DNA of 63,956 bases, filler included, from Octopus bimaculoides (GCF_001194135.2; 6 parts of 5 records of this genome joined end to end with filler, not necessarily neighbours in it), one strand, 5' to 3'; shown: positions 38,841 through 51,718, counted from the first letter of the whole stretch. Notes: generated from the letters alone by a model not told the origin. Made by a program: numbers and translations.

Positions 38841-40063
38841 AAGAATAAATAAAGAAGAAGACATAGAGAAGAAGAAAGGGAAAAATTTGAATATGGTTAT
38901 AATCATACCATTTTGATTGCGTATCACTTTGGAACGTTAAGTATTTTAACCTCTAATTCAGCTAACCTTTGTATATATATATATGTAAACTAATCATAAT
39001 CTAGCGTTAATAATAAGATATAAGAACTTAATTTTTAAAACCGGAAGTTTGATTAATTTGCTTGCAGAAGTGGGGAGTTTCAACTAAGAACAGAAATATC
39101 GTATAATATCAGCCAAACGCTCCTTGCTTCACTCGTCTATAGTTTCAAACGAAAGTATATAAGATTGCGGCACATAAAGCAGTCTCACACATATTATATC
39201 CGAATAAAATGCGTGATACTTATGGCCAGGAAAATATTTGATCATAGTTCTGCTCGGTTTCGGCTGAGCAACGGAAAATTGAAAACCAACATCAACTGTA
39301 AAGGCTTCCTGCAACCAGTATATCACATAAGACAAACAAACATCTCTAGAGGAAAACGTATTTAGATAAGCATTATATGATATTGTTATATAATTAGTAT
39401 ATAATATCTTAAAGGAAATCTTGAAATGTAAATAAAATTTCACCGATGCCCGCAAAATAAAAATCAAAGCTCGATTCAGAAATATCAGTGATCCAAATCT
39501 ACGCTCTCAAAATGATCTAATTGCAGAAGGAAATTTGACGTTGTTTGTTGAAATTACCGGCCATAGTGGATGAAGAAGACATAACTGGAATGCACAGTCT
39601 CCTTCGTAAGAAAATCAGTAATAACTACTAAAGTACTCCTCATTCTGTAAAGCCGGCTATATTTGGGAATGTATCGTTCGAAATCGAATGTAAATTAAAA
39701 TAAAATGAAACCCGTGAAATCCAATGTTAACTGAACTATAGTTTTGCTGCCAATCATAAGTCCAAGGCAAGCATTTTCACTTATTGACTATACACATGTA
39801 TATAGGCGCAGGAGTAGCAGTGTGGTAAGAAGCTTGCTTCTCAACAACATATTTCCGGGTTCAGTCCCACTGCCTGGCACCTTGGACGAATGTCTTCCAC
39901 TATAGTCTTGGGCCGACTAATGCCTTGTGACTAAATATGGTAGAGGGAAACTGAACCACATGATTTTTTGATGGCTCGATAACTGAAGAGATGCCGGTGC
40001 GGGTTTCCGCCCCGACATCCGAGACTTGGAGTTTTATCATGGCTACCGAATAATTGTCACATA

Positions 40064-40120
<57 letters not shown>

Positions 40121-41216
40121 GCAATATAAATTAGCTTTGATAGAAGAATGTACGGATTAACATTTATTTATATTCAATGAAATTCGAAGCAAATTTGTAC
40201 AGTGAATCAAAACGTCGAGTATCAGTTAAACTTCCCATAGCAGGAGTTTCAATGACTAGAAGCTGAGCTACATATCCATTAGAAGAACACTGTCAACGTA
40301 AGAATGGAGATATTGGAAATCTAGAATAAGTACCAGGCGTAAAACAAGAGGTACAGACAGACAGATAGATCGATCGATAGATGGATACATACATACACAC
40401 AAACATATTTTTTTATTCTTTTATTCTTTTACTTGTTTGCGTCATTTGACTGCTGTCATCCTGGAGCGCTCACTTGAAGGATTTTAGCCGAACAAATCGA
40501 CCATAGGGCTTATTCTTTGTAAGCCTCGTGCTTATCCTATCGGTATTATTTGCCGATGTACATGTATATCTACAGATTTGTGTCTGTGGTAGGGGGTGTA
40601 ATCCGATATACGCATATTAACCATACATACAACCATTGGCAAGCAAGTTAGCGCGGTCTTCGTCAGAGAAGTTTCTCTTTTTAACGTGATGTGTTTAAAT
40701 CGAAAACATTTTGTATTGGAATGAGATGGAAATTCGTTCCAGCGTGATTGACAAGAACGTCAGATATATTTCGGCCTTCTTGGAACTTCTCCTGGATGTG
40801 GTCTCAGCAAGTTAGCAACCTATACGAGGTATACAGAAAATAGTGAATACATTTACTGTTTTTTCTAAATATTTATAGCTTTTGCCAGTCGCTGTCGGAC
40901 GATATATTTTACTCTCCATTCCTAATGTATATATATATTATTTTATAAACCAGCTTGTCCGCGAAACAGTTTAGCTCGGAATTATTATCTCACCAACTTT
41001 ATTGCTATTTATACTCACACACACACACAGATACAGACACGCACACACACACACACACACACACACGTGTACATGTGTTTATGTCCATATATAACGAGGG
41101 AGATAGAAAAAGATAGATACAGATAGATAGGTACATCGATATAGTATACATCTATATATACATATACACATACATATATGCGTATCTGTCTATGAGAGTA
41201 TATACACATGTATATA

Positions 41217-41368
41217 GGTGCAAGAGTGGCTGAGTGGTAAGTAGCTTGCTCCCCAGCTACATACTTCCAAGTTCAGTCCCATTGCGTGGCACCTTGGACA
41301 AGTGTGTTCTATTATAGCCTCGAACCTTGTGAGTGGATTTGGTAGACGGAAACCGAAAGAAGTCCGTC
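41217..41368 (+). mobile_element. SINE family ggcgcaggagtggctgtgtggtaag...; other copies at 39805-39955, 55676-55838, 3510-3640(-), about 50995-51150(-), 52565-52720(-) and 54465-54610(-)
   Basis: Shared gttcagtcccactgc(g/a)tggcaccttgg(g/a)caagtgtcttctactatag block, usually ending in a TA/CA microsatellite. Confidence 0.8.
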
Positions 41369-41371
41369 ATA

Positions 41372-41453
<82 letters not shown>

Positions 41454-42257
41454 GGTGGGTGGGTGTTTGTGTGTGTGTGTACATGTTTGTGTGTGTGTCT
41501 GTGTCTGTGTTTGTCCCCACCACCATCGCTTGACAACCGATACTGGTGTGCTTACATCCCCGTAACCAAATGGTTTGGCCAAACAGACCGATAGAATAAG
41601 TACTAGGCTTACAAATGCATACGTCCTGGGGTAGATTTGTTCGACCAAATGTGGTGCTCCAGCATGGCCGCACTCAAGTATAAGAATACAAGAAAAATAA
41701 AATGTAACGGCAAATATTTGTATATATATATATATATATATATCCCGTTTGTTTTTCTCACAAGTTTTGAATTTGGTTTACCGTATTAAAAAAAAATCAT
41801 AATTACGTATCATTATTGAAGATTCAAAATTATGTGTGTGACGGTTGATAAAGCAATAATTTTCTTTATACCAAGCTCTTAAATAGCACAAACTCCTGAT
41901 ATAAAAGTAGCCATAATAGAAATAAATTCTATAAAACAACAAAAACAATCCACTTTAATTAGATAATCATAAAATCGAATTAATAAAAACATTCTGCTGT
42001 AACAAGAGTAGATGAATGAACTAAAGCGAAACGGGAGTAGGGTCTGACATTGCAGCAGGTAATCAACTTCTAAATGGAATCTGAGCCTTTTTAGTTATTC
42101 CAGCGAAAACAAATATCAAACAAACAAAAATACCAAATACATAAATAATTTCAATGCCCTAATAATGATATAATCCTAATTCCAGCTAAAATAAAACAAT
42201 CCACCTCGATTTATCAATACCATTAATATATCTGTGTGTGTGTGTGTGGTGTGGTAT

Positions 42258-42296
<39 letters not shown>

Positions 42297-42318
42297 TGTG
42301 TGTGTGGTNNNNNNNNNN

Positions 42319-42370
<52 letters not shown>

Positions 42371-43834
42371 GTACTCTCGATTCGCGTTACATCAACATCT
42401 TGTTCACTTTGGTTTTATATACCAAGTAAATTTTAACCGAGTATTCCAATGTACCTTTTTTGCTTTCGATTTTTCATGCTGTTGTAAAGGAATAATTTAT
42501 TTCCCTTTTGTCTGAAAAATACATTACGGTCTTTTCACTTCAATTGCATTCAATGAAAACTCCAACCTCATTTACATTTTCAATATATAATGTCTTACTT
42601 TTCTTCTTGCATGTTTGAATATCACTGTATTCTTTTGAAATATATAAGCAAATTGCTTTAAAAAATGCTCGTTGATATTCACGTTTAGGGCTTTTGGAAA
42701 AACTCTTATATTATTATTTAATTGTAAGTCATTTAAAATGATCGATGGAATGCAACTTTTTAAAACAAACTTTTCTACACTAAATTTTATTCTACAATAA
42801 TCTATCAATAAACGTTTCCATCAGAAAGGAGTTATTGTTAAGAATTCTTTCAGAAGAACAATGCAGAAGAAATCTGTATGAACATCACGTTGGTGTTACT
42901 TCATACATTTCGTGCTGTTGTTGCACAGCGTGAATGACTAAACTTCAAACCAATGTAAACACTAACCAACAGATTTTCGAACATATAAACACTGATATGT
43001 TGTAAATGTTCCCTGCTTGAAATATAATGAAGAGATACGTGCTGTACAGGAGGTAACCCAAGTTAAGTAATATCACAAATCTGATTTACACGTTTGTTTG
43101 GTTGCGGTTTTTATCACGTACTTCATTCCGGTAATTGCGAAAACAGAAAAGTCGTAAAATGTAGGAGAAGAGGTTCAACTGCGCCATAAATAACCTTTGC
43201 ACGTGACATATACATTGTTTATTCTGTGTTTTTTAAACATTATATATTTATAACGACATTGCCTCGGGACGAATACCGCACTTAATTAGGACTTCAACGG
43301 TCTGCCTGCTTTGTGTATGATACACAAATTACGTTTTTAAACTAGTACTACTCTCGTTATTCATACCCCATTTTATTCAGCATGTCAGCTAATTAAACAT
43401 CAGGTATTTTTAATAACTATTTTGCGATATGTGTAAGGGCCGATAGGGAGCACCCGCGAACAATAGAAGGCAGAAATGCGCATTTAGCAATACTACCATC
43501 GGTATTAGGGCAGGTTTGTTTTATCGTATGTTTCTCCGCTGTAATTATTTGGAACTCACCATTGGATGTCCCGAGTGCATTCGAATGCCTAAACGCAATG
43601 GAAGATCAGGAAAATACTATATTGCACTCTGTTAGACATTTAATAACTGAATTGAGATGCTAAGTGTTGAGGAAAGGAAGCAGATAGAAAACAATGAAGA
43701 GAGAAAAATGAAAAAAGTAAAGAAGCTCATATGCAGTAAAGTGGGAAAACAGCAAAGGTATATTAAATAAATAAATACATATATATGTGAAACATAAAAA
43801 AATATATCCATACACATACAATAATAATGATAAT

Positions 43835-43943
43835 TAGACTACAGACACCGGGGAAGTTTAGACTACAACACCGGGGAAGTTTAGACTACAACACCGGGGA
43901 AGTTTAGACTACAACACCGGGGAAGTTTAGACTACACCGGGGA
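43835..43943. repeat. 23-bp minisatellite (TAGACTACAACACCGGGGAAGTT)n, about 4.7 copies, running into the scaffold end
   Basis: GACTAC starts at 43837, 43861, 43884, 43907 and 43930. Confidence 0.95.
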
Positions 43944-44043
43944 NNNNNNNNNNNNNNNNNNNNNNNNNNNNNNNNNNNNNNNNNNNNTTAATTAATTAAN
44001 NNNNNNNNNNNNNNNNNNNNNNNNNNNNNNNNNNNNNNNNNNN
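43944..44043. other. Artificial scaffold-joining spacer
   Basis: 44 N + TTAATTAATTAA (43988-43999) + 44 N. Confidence 0.95.
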
Positions 44044-44509
44044 AGAGAGAGAGAGAGAGAGAGAGAGAAAGTGATACATAAACCCTAACCCTAACACCCT
44101 AGTGAAAATCGTGGCATATTTACCAAACATTGACGAACATGAGTTATATTGCAGTGAATGTTTTGTGCGCGTGTATGCGTTTGAGATAGCAAGAGAGAAG
44201 AGAGAGAGAGAAGAAGAGGGATAGAGAGAGGGGGAGAAAGGAATAGAGAACGGGAGTAATGAAGAGAGAGAAAGAGAGTAAGGGAGAATGGAAGACAGTT
44301 ATAAAATATCAATGCGTGCGCATGTTTATATAAGAAACACACACAAAGTAAATCTTATATCTATAATGTGGATGTGTGTATGTGTTTATGTGTATGTTGT
44401 TGTCACAGATCGCGTATGTGTGGTTGTGTGTGTTTTTACGTATCTATGTTATGAAAAATAGGTAAAAGATACTAAGAGGAAAGTTTAATCTATAACTTTG
44501 TATGTTTCA

Positions 44510-44546
<37 letters not shown>

Positions 44547-44840
44547 TTTTACTCTTACTCTCTATATTATATGTTGACCGCGTGATCGATGTGTAAGAAC
44601 GCCGGTACAGGTAGAAGGGAAGAAATATAAAAGTTGTTAGAAACAACAGCCAAATCTCCCTTAAATCACACAAAGTAAACGGAATTTTAAAAATCTAATT
44701 ACTGCACTGGAAAGTTCAGATCGAGAAAATTCCATTGATGTAAAAAATTTTAACGAAAAAGTGGAAAATGTGGATTTCTATAAACTTTTTAAAAGGCTTC
44801 ACACAGACACACATCTTCAGCTTTATTATACAAGCATACA

Positions 44841-45612
44841 TTGAAAATATCGTATGCAGCATCTAACAACATGAAGTACCACATACATAAATACAACAAT
44901 AAGAAAATAAAAATGCAAACAACGCCTGCAGACAATGAACATACAGATCAAAACTACACAGGATATAGGATCAAAAACAAAAATAAACAAAACGAAAATC
45001 AGAAAAACTTAGATAATGTCCCCGACAAGTACAATAAGATCAAAACAAAAACTCAAAAAAGAATTAACAAATAAGAATGCAGCATCAGGAATGCTTTAGA
45101 CACTGACAATCAAACGGAGCATTACAAAAGCAAAAACAAAAAAGCACCAGATAAAATACAAAAATAAAAATAGTACAAATAACTGCACCTGTCGCAAGAA
45201 GTTCGCATGTCTGCTCATGTACCACTGTGTCCAAACAAACATAATATACAAATGCACAATCACTGCATCACAACAAAAATACTCATCCATAGGTGCCTCA
45301 AAAAACCAATTTAAGGTTCGTTGTCGCAGCCATATCTCATCATTCTGAAAGGTAATCAGACAACACACAACTTCACTAGCAAACCTAATATGGAGACTGA
45401 AGGATGGAAAAATCAAATACCAAACGAAATGGTCAATAATTAAAAAAATGCACACTCATGCAGTACGCTATCCAGCACATGCGACCTTTGCCTTGAGGAA
45501 GCCTTATGCATCCTGCAGAGTAATGAAAACTTGGTAAACAAGCATGCTGAGAAAATTCTGAGATGTCCCCACTGCACCAAATATGCATTTTCAAGATTAG
45601 ACACTGTGAAAT
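44841..45612 (+). mobile_element. Degenerate Penelope-like GIY-YIG endonuclease fragment
   Basis: KISYAASNNMKYHIHKYNNK; CTCRKKFAC...CVQTNIIYKC...SIGASKNQFKVRCRSHISSF*...TSLANLIWRLKD...KWSII; CDLCLEEALCIL...LVNKHAEKILRCPH. Contains a stop and a frameshift. Confidence 0.8.
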
Positions 45613-45707
45613 NNNNNNNNNNCCTATTTATATGTATGGGTGCTTACCCATGTGTATACAGTCCATGAAAGTATCTATTTGTTTGTGTAGATATATAAAT
45701 CTCCCTG

Positions 45708-45781
<74 letters not shown>

Positions 45782-45918
45782 GCACGTGTATGTGTAAGCA
45801 TGGATATATGTGTGTGCATGCATGTGAATAGGAGACTATGGGTATACATGTATTAATGTATGTGTGCCTATGCTTATATGCACATGTATGCACAGGAGTG
45901 TGTGGGCGAAAATATAAA

Positions 45919-45973
<55 letters not shown>

Positions 45974-46749
45974 TACATATGTGGGAAATTCTGTGGGTGT
46001 GTTTGTGCAGTTGTTAGCTAACTACTCTTACATCGTTTTATCGATTTTGAGGAAACTTGATACGGAAGTTGAACTCATGTCTGGAAACCTCGTGGCATGC
46101 TCAGATTGTTGGAAAACTCGATAATAGGGCTCCTAGAAGGGATTCTTATATATATCCAAGGGAAATAACCCATTCATTTTCCTAAATTATTTGGTAAAAA
46201 TGAAATTAAGTATGCTTATTTCTTTGTATTTGAACTGTTAGTGTTATTTTTGCAATTTAAACAAGTAAGTAGTATTTTCATAAACAATAGATCCGCTTAT
46301 TTCAGTTAGTGACTTATTCACAAATATACCAACACTAGCGCCCCTGAGGGTAATATTCTCTGGAAACACACAAAAGCCCTTTTCAGAGTTATTTACTTTG
46401 AATTGTTACTATCTCATATCTGATTAGCCAGTTATTACGTAACATGCTTCATGATTTTAGTATACATACCTTATTAGTATTTCCTCCTAAGTTTTGTATA
46501 CTCTGGGAACGCATTAAAGCCCTTTATTTGAATTCTTACTATCGGGTAACTAATTTCATGTTATTACATAACTGACTTCACAATTTAGGTATTCATAACT
46601 TATTGGGAATTTCTAAAAACAAAATCCTGTGTAAGACAATTCGGTATTCTCTGTAAATGCACAAAAAACCGTTTTAAGGGCTACATACTTTGTATTATTG
46701 TTATTGGATTAGCGGAACAATTATTTTCTCTCAAGATACTTACACTCTG

Positions 46750-47374
46750 TCATACATGCACACTGACATTGCATATCCAGTGAAGCATACTAGCTTCGTG
46801 TCTTTCTAACCTATGTAAGTCTTCGGTAGTCATAGCCCATGTCTCACTGCCATGTAGCACAGCTGTTTGCACACAGGCATCATATAGTTCACCTTTCACT
46901 CTGAGAGAGAGGCCCTTTGTTGTAAACAGAGGTAGGAGCTCTCTGAACTTTGTCCAGCCTATTCTCATTCTTGAAGCTACACTCTCGGTGCATCCATCTC
47001 CACTACTGACTTGGTCACCCAGATAATGGAAGCTATCTACTACCTCTAGCTTACCCCACTGGCATTTGGAGTCTATTTTCTGTACATTTTCAATATATAT
47101 TGTACCTGAATACCTTTCACACACAAAACCTATTTTCCCAATTAACTTTCCTCTGAAATTGCTGCACCTCTTATGTGTCCATAGCTTGCACTGGGCACAT
47201 CTTATGGAATTTTTGCCAACACCTTTCCTACAGATCAAGTAGGGCCATCTATCTGAGGGGATTTGTGGTTTGTTTGCTTTCCTACTTACTAAGACTTTGT
47301 TTTTTGCTAGATTAACTCTAAGACCTTTTGATTCTAGACCTTGCTTCCACACCTGAAACTTCTTCTCTAGTTCT

Positions 47375-47375
<1 letters not shown>
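46750..47375 (-). mobile_element. RTE-clade LINE fragment (RT C-terminal part with Cys-rich insert)
   Basis: WKQGLESKGLRVNLAKNKV...CRKGVGKNSIRCAQCKLWTHKRCS...EVVDSFHYLGD...RIGWTKFREL...VLHGSETWA. Confidence 0.9.
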
Positions 47376-47417
<42 letters not shown>

Positions 47418-47527
47418 TTATATATATGTTTATATATATACATTAGAGGAAAAGGACATCAAAACCAAGGCAAGACGAGTATCTCAAGTTATTTATAGTA
47501 TTTTAATTAGGGTAAGGTTAATTTGAA

Positions 47528-47603
47528 GTCTTACAGCTGTTTCTGAGATATCCCAAGTGATAGGCTAGCATGTCCATACACTGGGTATTCTGTCATCAGA
47601 GAC
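47528..47603 (-). ncRNA. Minimal type-I hammerhead ribozyme motif (Penelope-like-element type), partly decayed
   Basis: Minus strand reads GTCT-CTGATGA-cagaatacccagtg...cacttgggatatctca-GAAA-C-AGCT-G-TA-AGAC. Intact core, 4-bp stem I (GTCT/AGAC), imperfect stem II, 2-bp stem III with palindromic AGCT loop, GUA triplet. Confidence 0.7.
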
Positions 47604-49217
47604 AAAGTGAGGGAAATTCACAGTTTATATTGAATAAAATAAAAGAATAAAGAGTAAAATTAGGTATAAGAATACAAACAGGATAATAAAAGTTTACAAT
47701 TTATCTTTTTCCAAAGTGTATGGAGGTTGGTCCATACTTCTGTGAAGGTATAGGTCCTTATGCTTAGTCCCAGGTAAATCCAGGCAGAATTTTGGCAGTA
47801 TTTTGAATGATGTGGTCATGTTGAAGTGGTTAGCTATATACCCGCATGGGTATATAGTGTGAGAAAGACGGACATCAAGATAGACAGAAGTGGGTTGTGA
47901 GTGAGTGGATAGAAAAGAGAGAAGAGAGAAAAGAAGGAGAGAAAGAGAAAAAAAGAGAGAAGACGGAAATGGGATAGGTGCATGGAAAGAATGAATGAGA
48001 TTGAAAGTAAGGTAAAATCAGAAACAAAATAAAAAATTAAAAAATAAAAAATCATATAAATATAAGGCAGGATGTGTGTGTGTGTGTGTGTACGTGATTG
48101 TACTTTATGCATGTCCACAAATTAGCACACATGTCGCTCCAATTTTAGGAGGAGATTTGTCATGACCCTATCTGAATTTTCGTCAACTTTTTCTCTCAGA
48201 GGTACCTGCGTATAGCTATGAAAATCGATTTTCAACCATAACTTTTACCAATTTTGAAGTTTGTTGACATGGCGAAGTCAAATTGCGTACACGTGTGAAA
48301 AAGAGGGGGAGATACAGAGTGTTTGCTAGCATCTAACAAAAAAAAAAATGGAAAGAAAAAGTGGAAGAGGGAGACAGAAAGCGTCTAAGCAAAGAAAATG
48401 TTTGTAACCAGGACAGAGTTTATTTGCCAGCGTGTAATAAAAAAAAAGGAACGAAAAAGTGGAAGAGGGAAACAGAAAGCGTCTAACAAATCATTTATTT
48501 ATTTTTAATCATTCATCTTTCTCCCCCCTCTCACTCTCACACACACGCACATATACTACTTTGGGAGCGAAAGAGTTTTGTTTATATTTCATGCCGAAGA
48601 AAAAGGTNNNNNNNNNNNNNNNNNNNNNNNNNNNNNNNNNNNNNNNNNNNNNNNNNNNNNNNNNNNNNNNNNNNNNNNNNNNNNNNNNNNNNNNNNNNNN
48701 NNNNNNNNNNNNNNNNNNNNNNNNNNNNNNNNNNNNNNNNNNNNNNNNNNNNNNNNNNNNNNNNNNNNNNNNNNNNNNNNNNNNNNNNNNNNNNNNNNNN
48801 NNNNNNNNNNNNNNNNNNNNNNNNNNNNNNNNNNNNNNNNNNNNNNNNNNNNNNNNNNNNNNNNNNNNNNNNNNNNNNNNNNNNNNNNNNNNNNNNNNNN
48901 NNNNNNNNNNNNNNNNNNNNNNNNNNNNNNNNNNNNNNNNNNNNNNNNNNNNNNNNNNNNNNNNNNNNNNAGTGGGGATGACCCAGGTTCAAATCCCACT
49001 GGAGACAGGATTTTGGAAAGCAGCAGAAGGAACCTAGGAGTCATGACCTGTGTGGGCCTGGCTCTTGTAGAGAGTCATGTATAAGGGCTGAAACACTTAT
49101 CGAATGTGAATTCTTCCTTTGAAGGTCTCTCCTGCTGTGAGCTCACCTTGCGGCAAGTTTCTGTTATGTATTTTCTGTTTCAGTTGTATGACAAAATACA
49201 GTGTCCCTACAAGTCAT

Positions 49218-50582
49218 TAATAAAGCAATTAAGGGCATGAAGGGAAGGAAAGCCATAGATTCATCAGGAATAGTTGCAGAAAAGCTCAAAACATCTGGTG
49301 AAGTTGGATATATGATTAACACCCAGATAGTTAATAGAAGTTATGCAAGAAGCTGTCAAATCCAATGACTGACATAGCAGTATTATCACAAAAATTACTA
49401 CACAGGCAAAAGAGTTGCCTTAGAGAGGAAATCCAAGTACTAGATCAGGTTATGAAGGTTACAGAAAGAGCCTTAGCATAACTGATCTGTAACAGAGTAG
49501 CCCTTGTTGGCTCTGTGCCCAAAAGAGGTAGCACAAAAGTAAAGTGAGTAACAGCAGGAGAAACAATTAGCTAAGAGTAAATCCCTGTTCCTGGCACTGA
49601 CTTAGAGAAGGCATTTGGCATAGTAACACAATTTGGTTTTCACTAATGAAATTAAGTGTAGATGAGTCACTTGTGTACAAATCATCATTGGCACCACTCC
49701 TGTCTGAGTTTGATTCATCCAGCACCTCTATGATGCTTAAACATGACACAGCTCAGAAGGCCAAGTGAGAATGGAATAGTCTCAGGCATTGATCACATGG
49801 CAGGGTGGGTGATGGTCTTGGTTGGAATTGCCAGGTCTTGCATTGCCTTCTTTTTGCTTCTTCTTTAGGCTTTCTCCTCCCCTCCAAAGTGGAATAACCG
49901 AAATGAATTACTTTTCCCCAGGATGGATGGTTGGCAGCTTCTGTCTCCCATGTGTTTAGGCTGATTCTGGCTTGAAGGAGGGAAGACTTCAGTTGGTCTT
50001 TGAATCTGTCAATTTAGTGCTCCTCAATGTCATTTGTCATTGACGAGCTCGCTGTAGAGGATGGTCTGTGGGAGTCTTGTAAAAACCATCCAGATGACAT
50101 ACCCTGACCACCCGAGGTGAGGCTTGAGCATGGCAGCTTCAATTCTCAACATTTCTTAGTGATTGTAGACTCCATTGCTGGTTCATTGGTCCTGCCATTT
50201 GATGCTGAGAATCTGCCAGAGCTTGGTTTGTTGGAAACACCCTAGCTTTTTTAGGTCTTTTCAATTTAGGGTCCATGTCTTGTAAGTGTAAAGCAAGATG
50301 GCAGTAAGTAAAGTGAAAGTCAATAACGATTTTAATGATGAATTTAGCATCAAAGCAGGAGTCCATCAAGGCTTTGTCTTCAGTCCTCTCTTATTCATTA
50401 TTGTCTTATGGGCCATTACAGAGGAATTTAAGACTGGCTATCAATAGGAACTTCTGTATGCTCATGATCTAGTTCTTGTAGCTGAATTTTTAGTGGAATC
50501 AAAGAGGAAATTCCAGGCATGAAAAGCAGACCTAGAATTGAGAGGGGTCAAAGTAAACCTAGCAATGGCTAAGGTTTTAACT
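49218..50582 (+). mobile_element. Decayed RTE-clade LINE RT, interrupted by an antisense LINE insertion
   Basis: KAIKGMKGRKAIDSSGIVAEKLK and DLEKAF (about 49218-49620). Then EFSIKAGVHQGFVFSPLLFIIVL...ELLYAHDLVLVAE...VKVNLAMAKV (about 50290-50582). The YADD motif is decayed to YAHD. Confidence 0.8.
49690..50285 (-). mobile_element. RTE/BovB-like LINE 3' fragment nested in the plus-strand RTE
   Basis: Minus strand gives DRFKDQLKSSLLQARISLNTWETEAANHPSW, typical of an RTE C-terminus. It lies between two halves of the host RT. Boundaries approximate. Confidence 0.6.
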
Positions 50583-51433
50583 AACTCAATACTTTTCAGT
50601 AGAGAGCATATCTATTAATTTTTGGAAGGATCAGTTTGACTGTGACTTCAATGCTTCAGGTTAACCATCATCTGACACACTGCATGTGTACCCCATCCTC
50701 AGATGGACTTAAGAGCTAATGATGGACATCACACTGGGAGATAGATAATTCATTTACTACTTTTTCATCTTTTACTTGTTTCAGTTATCAGTCTGTGGCC
50801 ATGCCAGGGCACCATTTTGAAGAATTTTTATTAAAAGGAATCGATCCCTGAACTGACATTTTTTTCCAAAGCCTGGTATTTATTATATCAGGCTCTTTTG
50901 CAGAATAGCTAAGATATGGGGACATAAACACACCAATACCAGCTGTCATGCAGTGGTGGGGACAAACACAGACACAGAGACACATAGATATATATACAAC
51001 AGGCTTCTTTCAGTTTCTGTTTACAAAATTCATTCACAAGGCTTTGGTTGGCCTGAAACTATAATAGAAGATGCTTGCCCAAGGTGCCATGCTGTGGGAC
51101 TGAACCCAAAACTATGTGGTTGGGAAACAAGCTTCTTACCACACAGTATTGCACTCACAGTTGCAAGAGCAAGATTGTGGTTCCAATTATAGACCAAGTG
51201 GTGCATTGTGTTCTTGAGCAAAACACTTCATCTTACATTGCTCTGCAATCACTTCAACATCTCACACGTGGTACACCGTTGATTTGATGGCGGGAGTGAG
51301 CTAATGTACAGCACGTACATTTGATTACTATAAACAAAATCATTTGTACCGGTCATTCGGCAAAGACTGAACACTCATACGTCATATTTGTTGGGAGAGT
51401 CCATCATACATACATACATATCTACATACATAC

Positions 51434-51517
<84 letters not shown>

Positions 51518-51577
51518 ATATATATATTTGTATTTATAGATCTCTACCAAAAATATGTCTATCATATTTATCAAATC

Positions 51578-51659
51578 TGGCCCTGAGGAGATACTATATT
51601 CCATATTTTATAACATACAGGAGTGAGTCGGGATATTGCATCAAAATGTTCATAGGCCA
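51578..51659 (+). ncRNA. Minimal type-I hammerhead ribozyme motif with core mutation GAAA to AAAA
   Basis: TGGCC-CTGAGGA-gatactatattcc...gggatattgcatc-AAAA-T-GTTC-A-TA-GGCCA. 5-bp stem I, long imperfect stem II, short stem III; the catalytic G12 is lost. Confidence 0.55.
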
Positions 51660-51718
51660 TTAAAAAGTTTTTTACAATGGATCGCGTTATAGCTCTTATT
51701 TAAATTGATATATATATA

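Noticed and set aside
41367-41648. ORF resembling a secreted neuropeptide precursor (hydrophobic N-terminus, KPFG, KR)
   Set aside because: It is read entirely from a SINE-like repeat plus microsatellites, and the same DNA recurs at several other sites in the window.
43835-43943. Regular short repeats suggestive of CRISPR
   Set aside because: Head-to-tail tandem units with no unique spacers, in a eukaryotic context.
44081-44100. CCCTAACCCTAA telomere-like motif near a scaffold start
   Set aside because: Only two units, too short to indicate a telomere.
45346-45348. In-frame TGA in the PLE endonuclease as possible selenocysteine (some Naiad PLEs are reported to use Sec)
   Set aside because: The position (HISSF*K) is not a Cys site and is more simply a CGA to TGA mutation. 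The copy also has a frameshift, and the Cys codons of the zinc motif are ordinary TGY.
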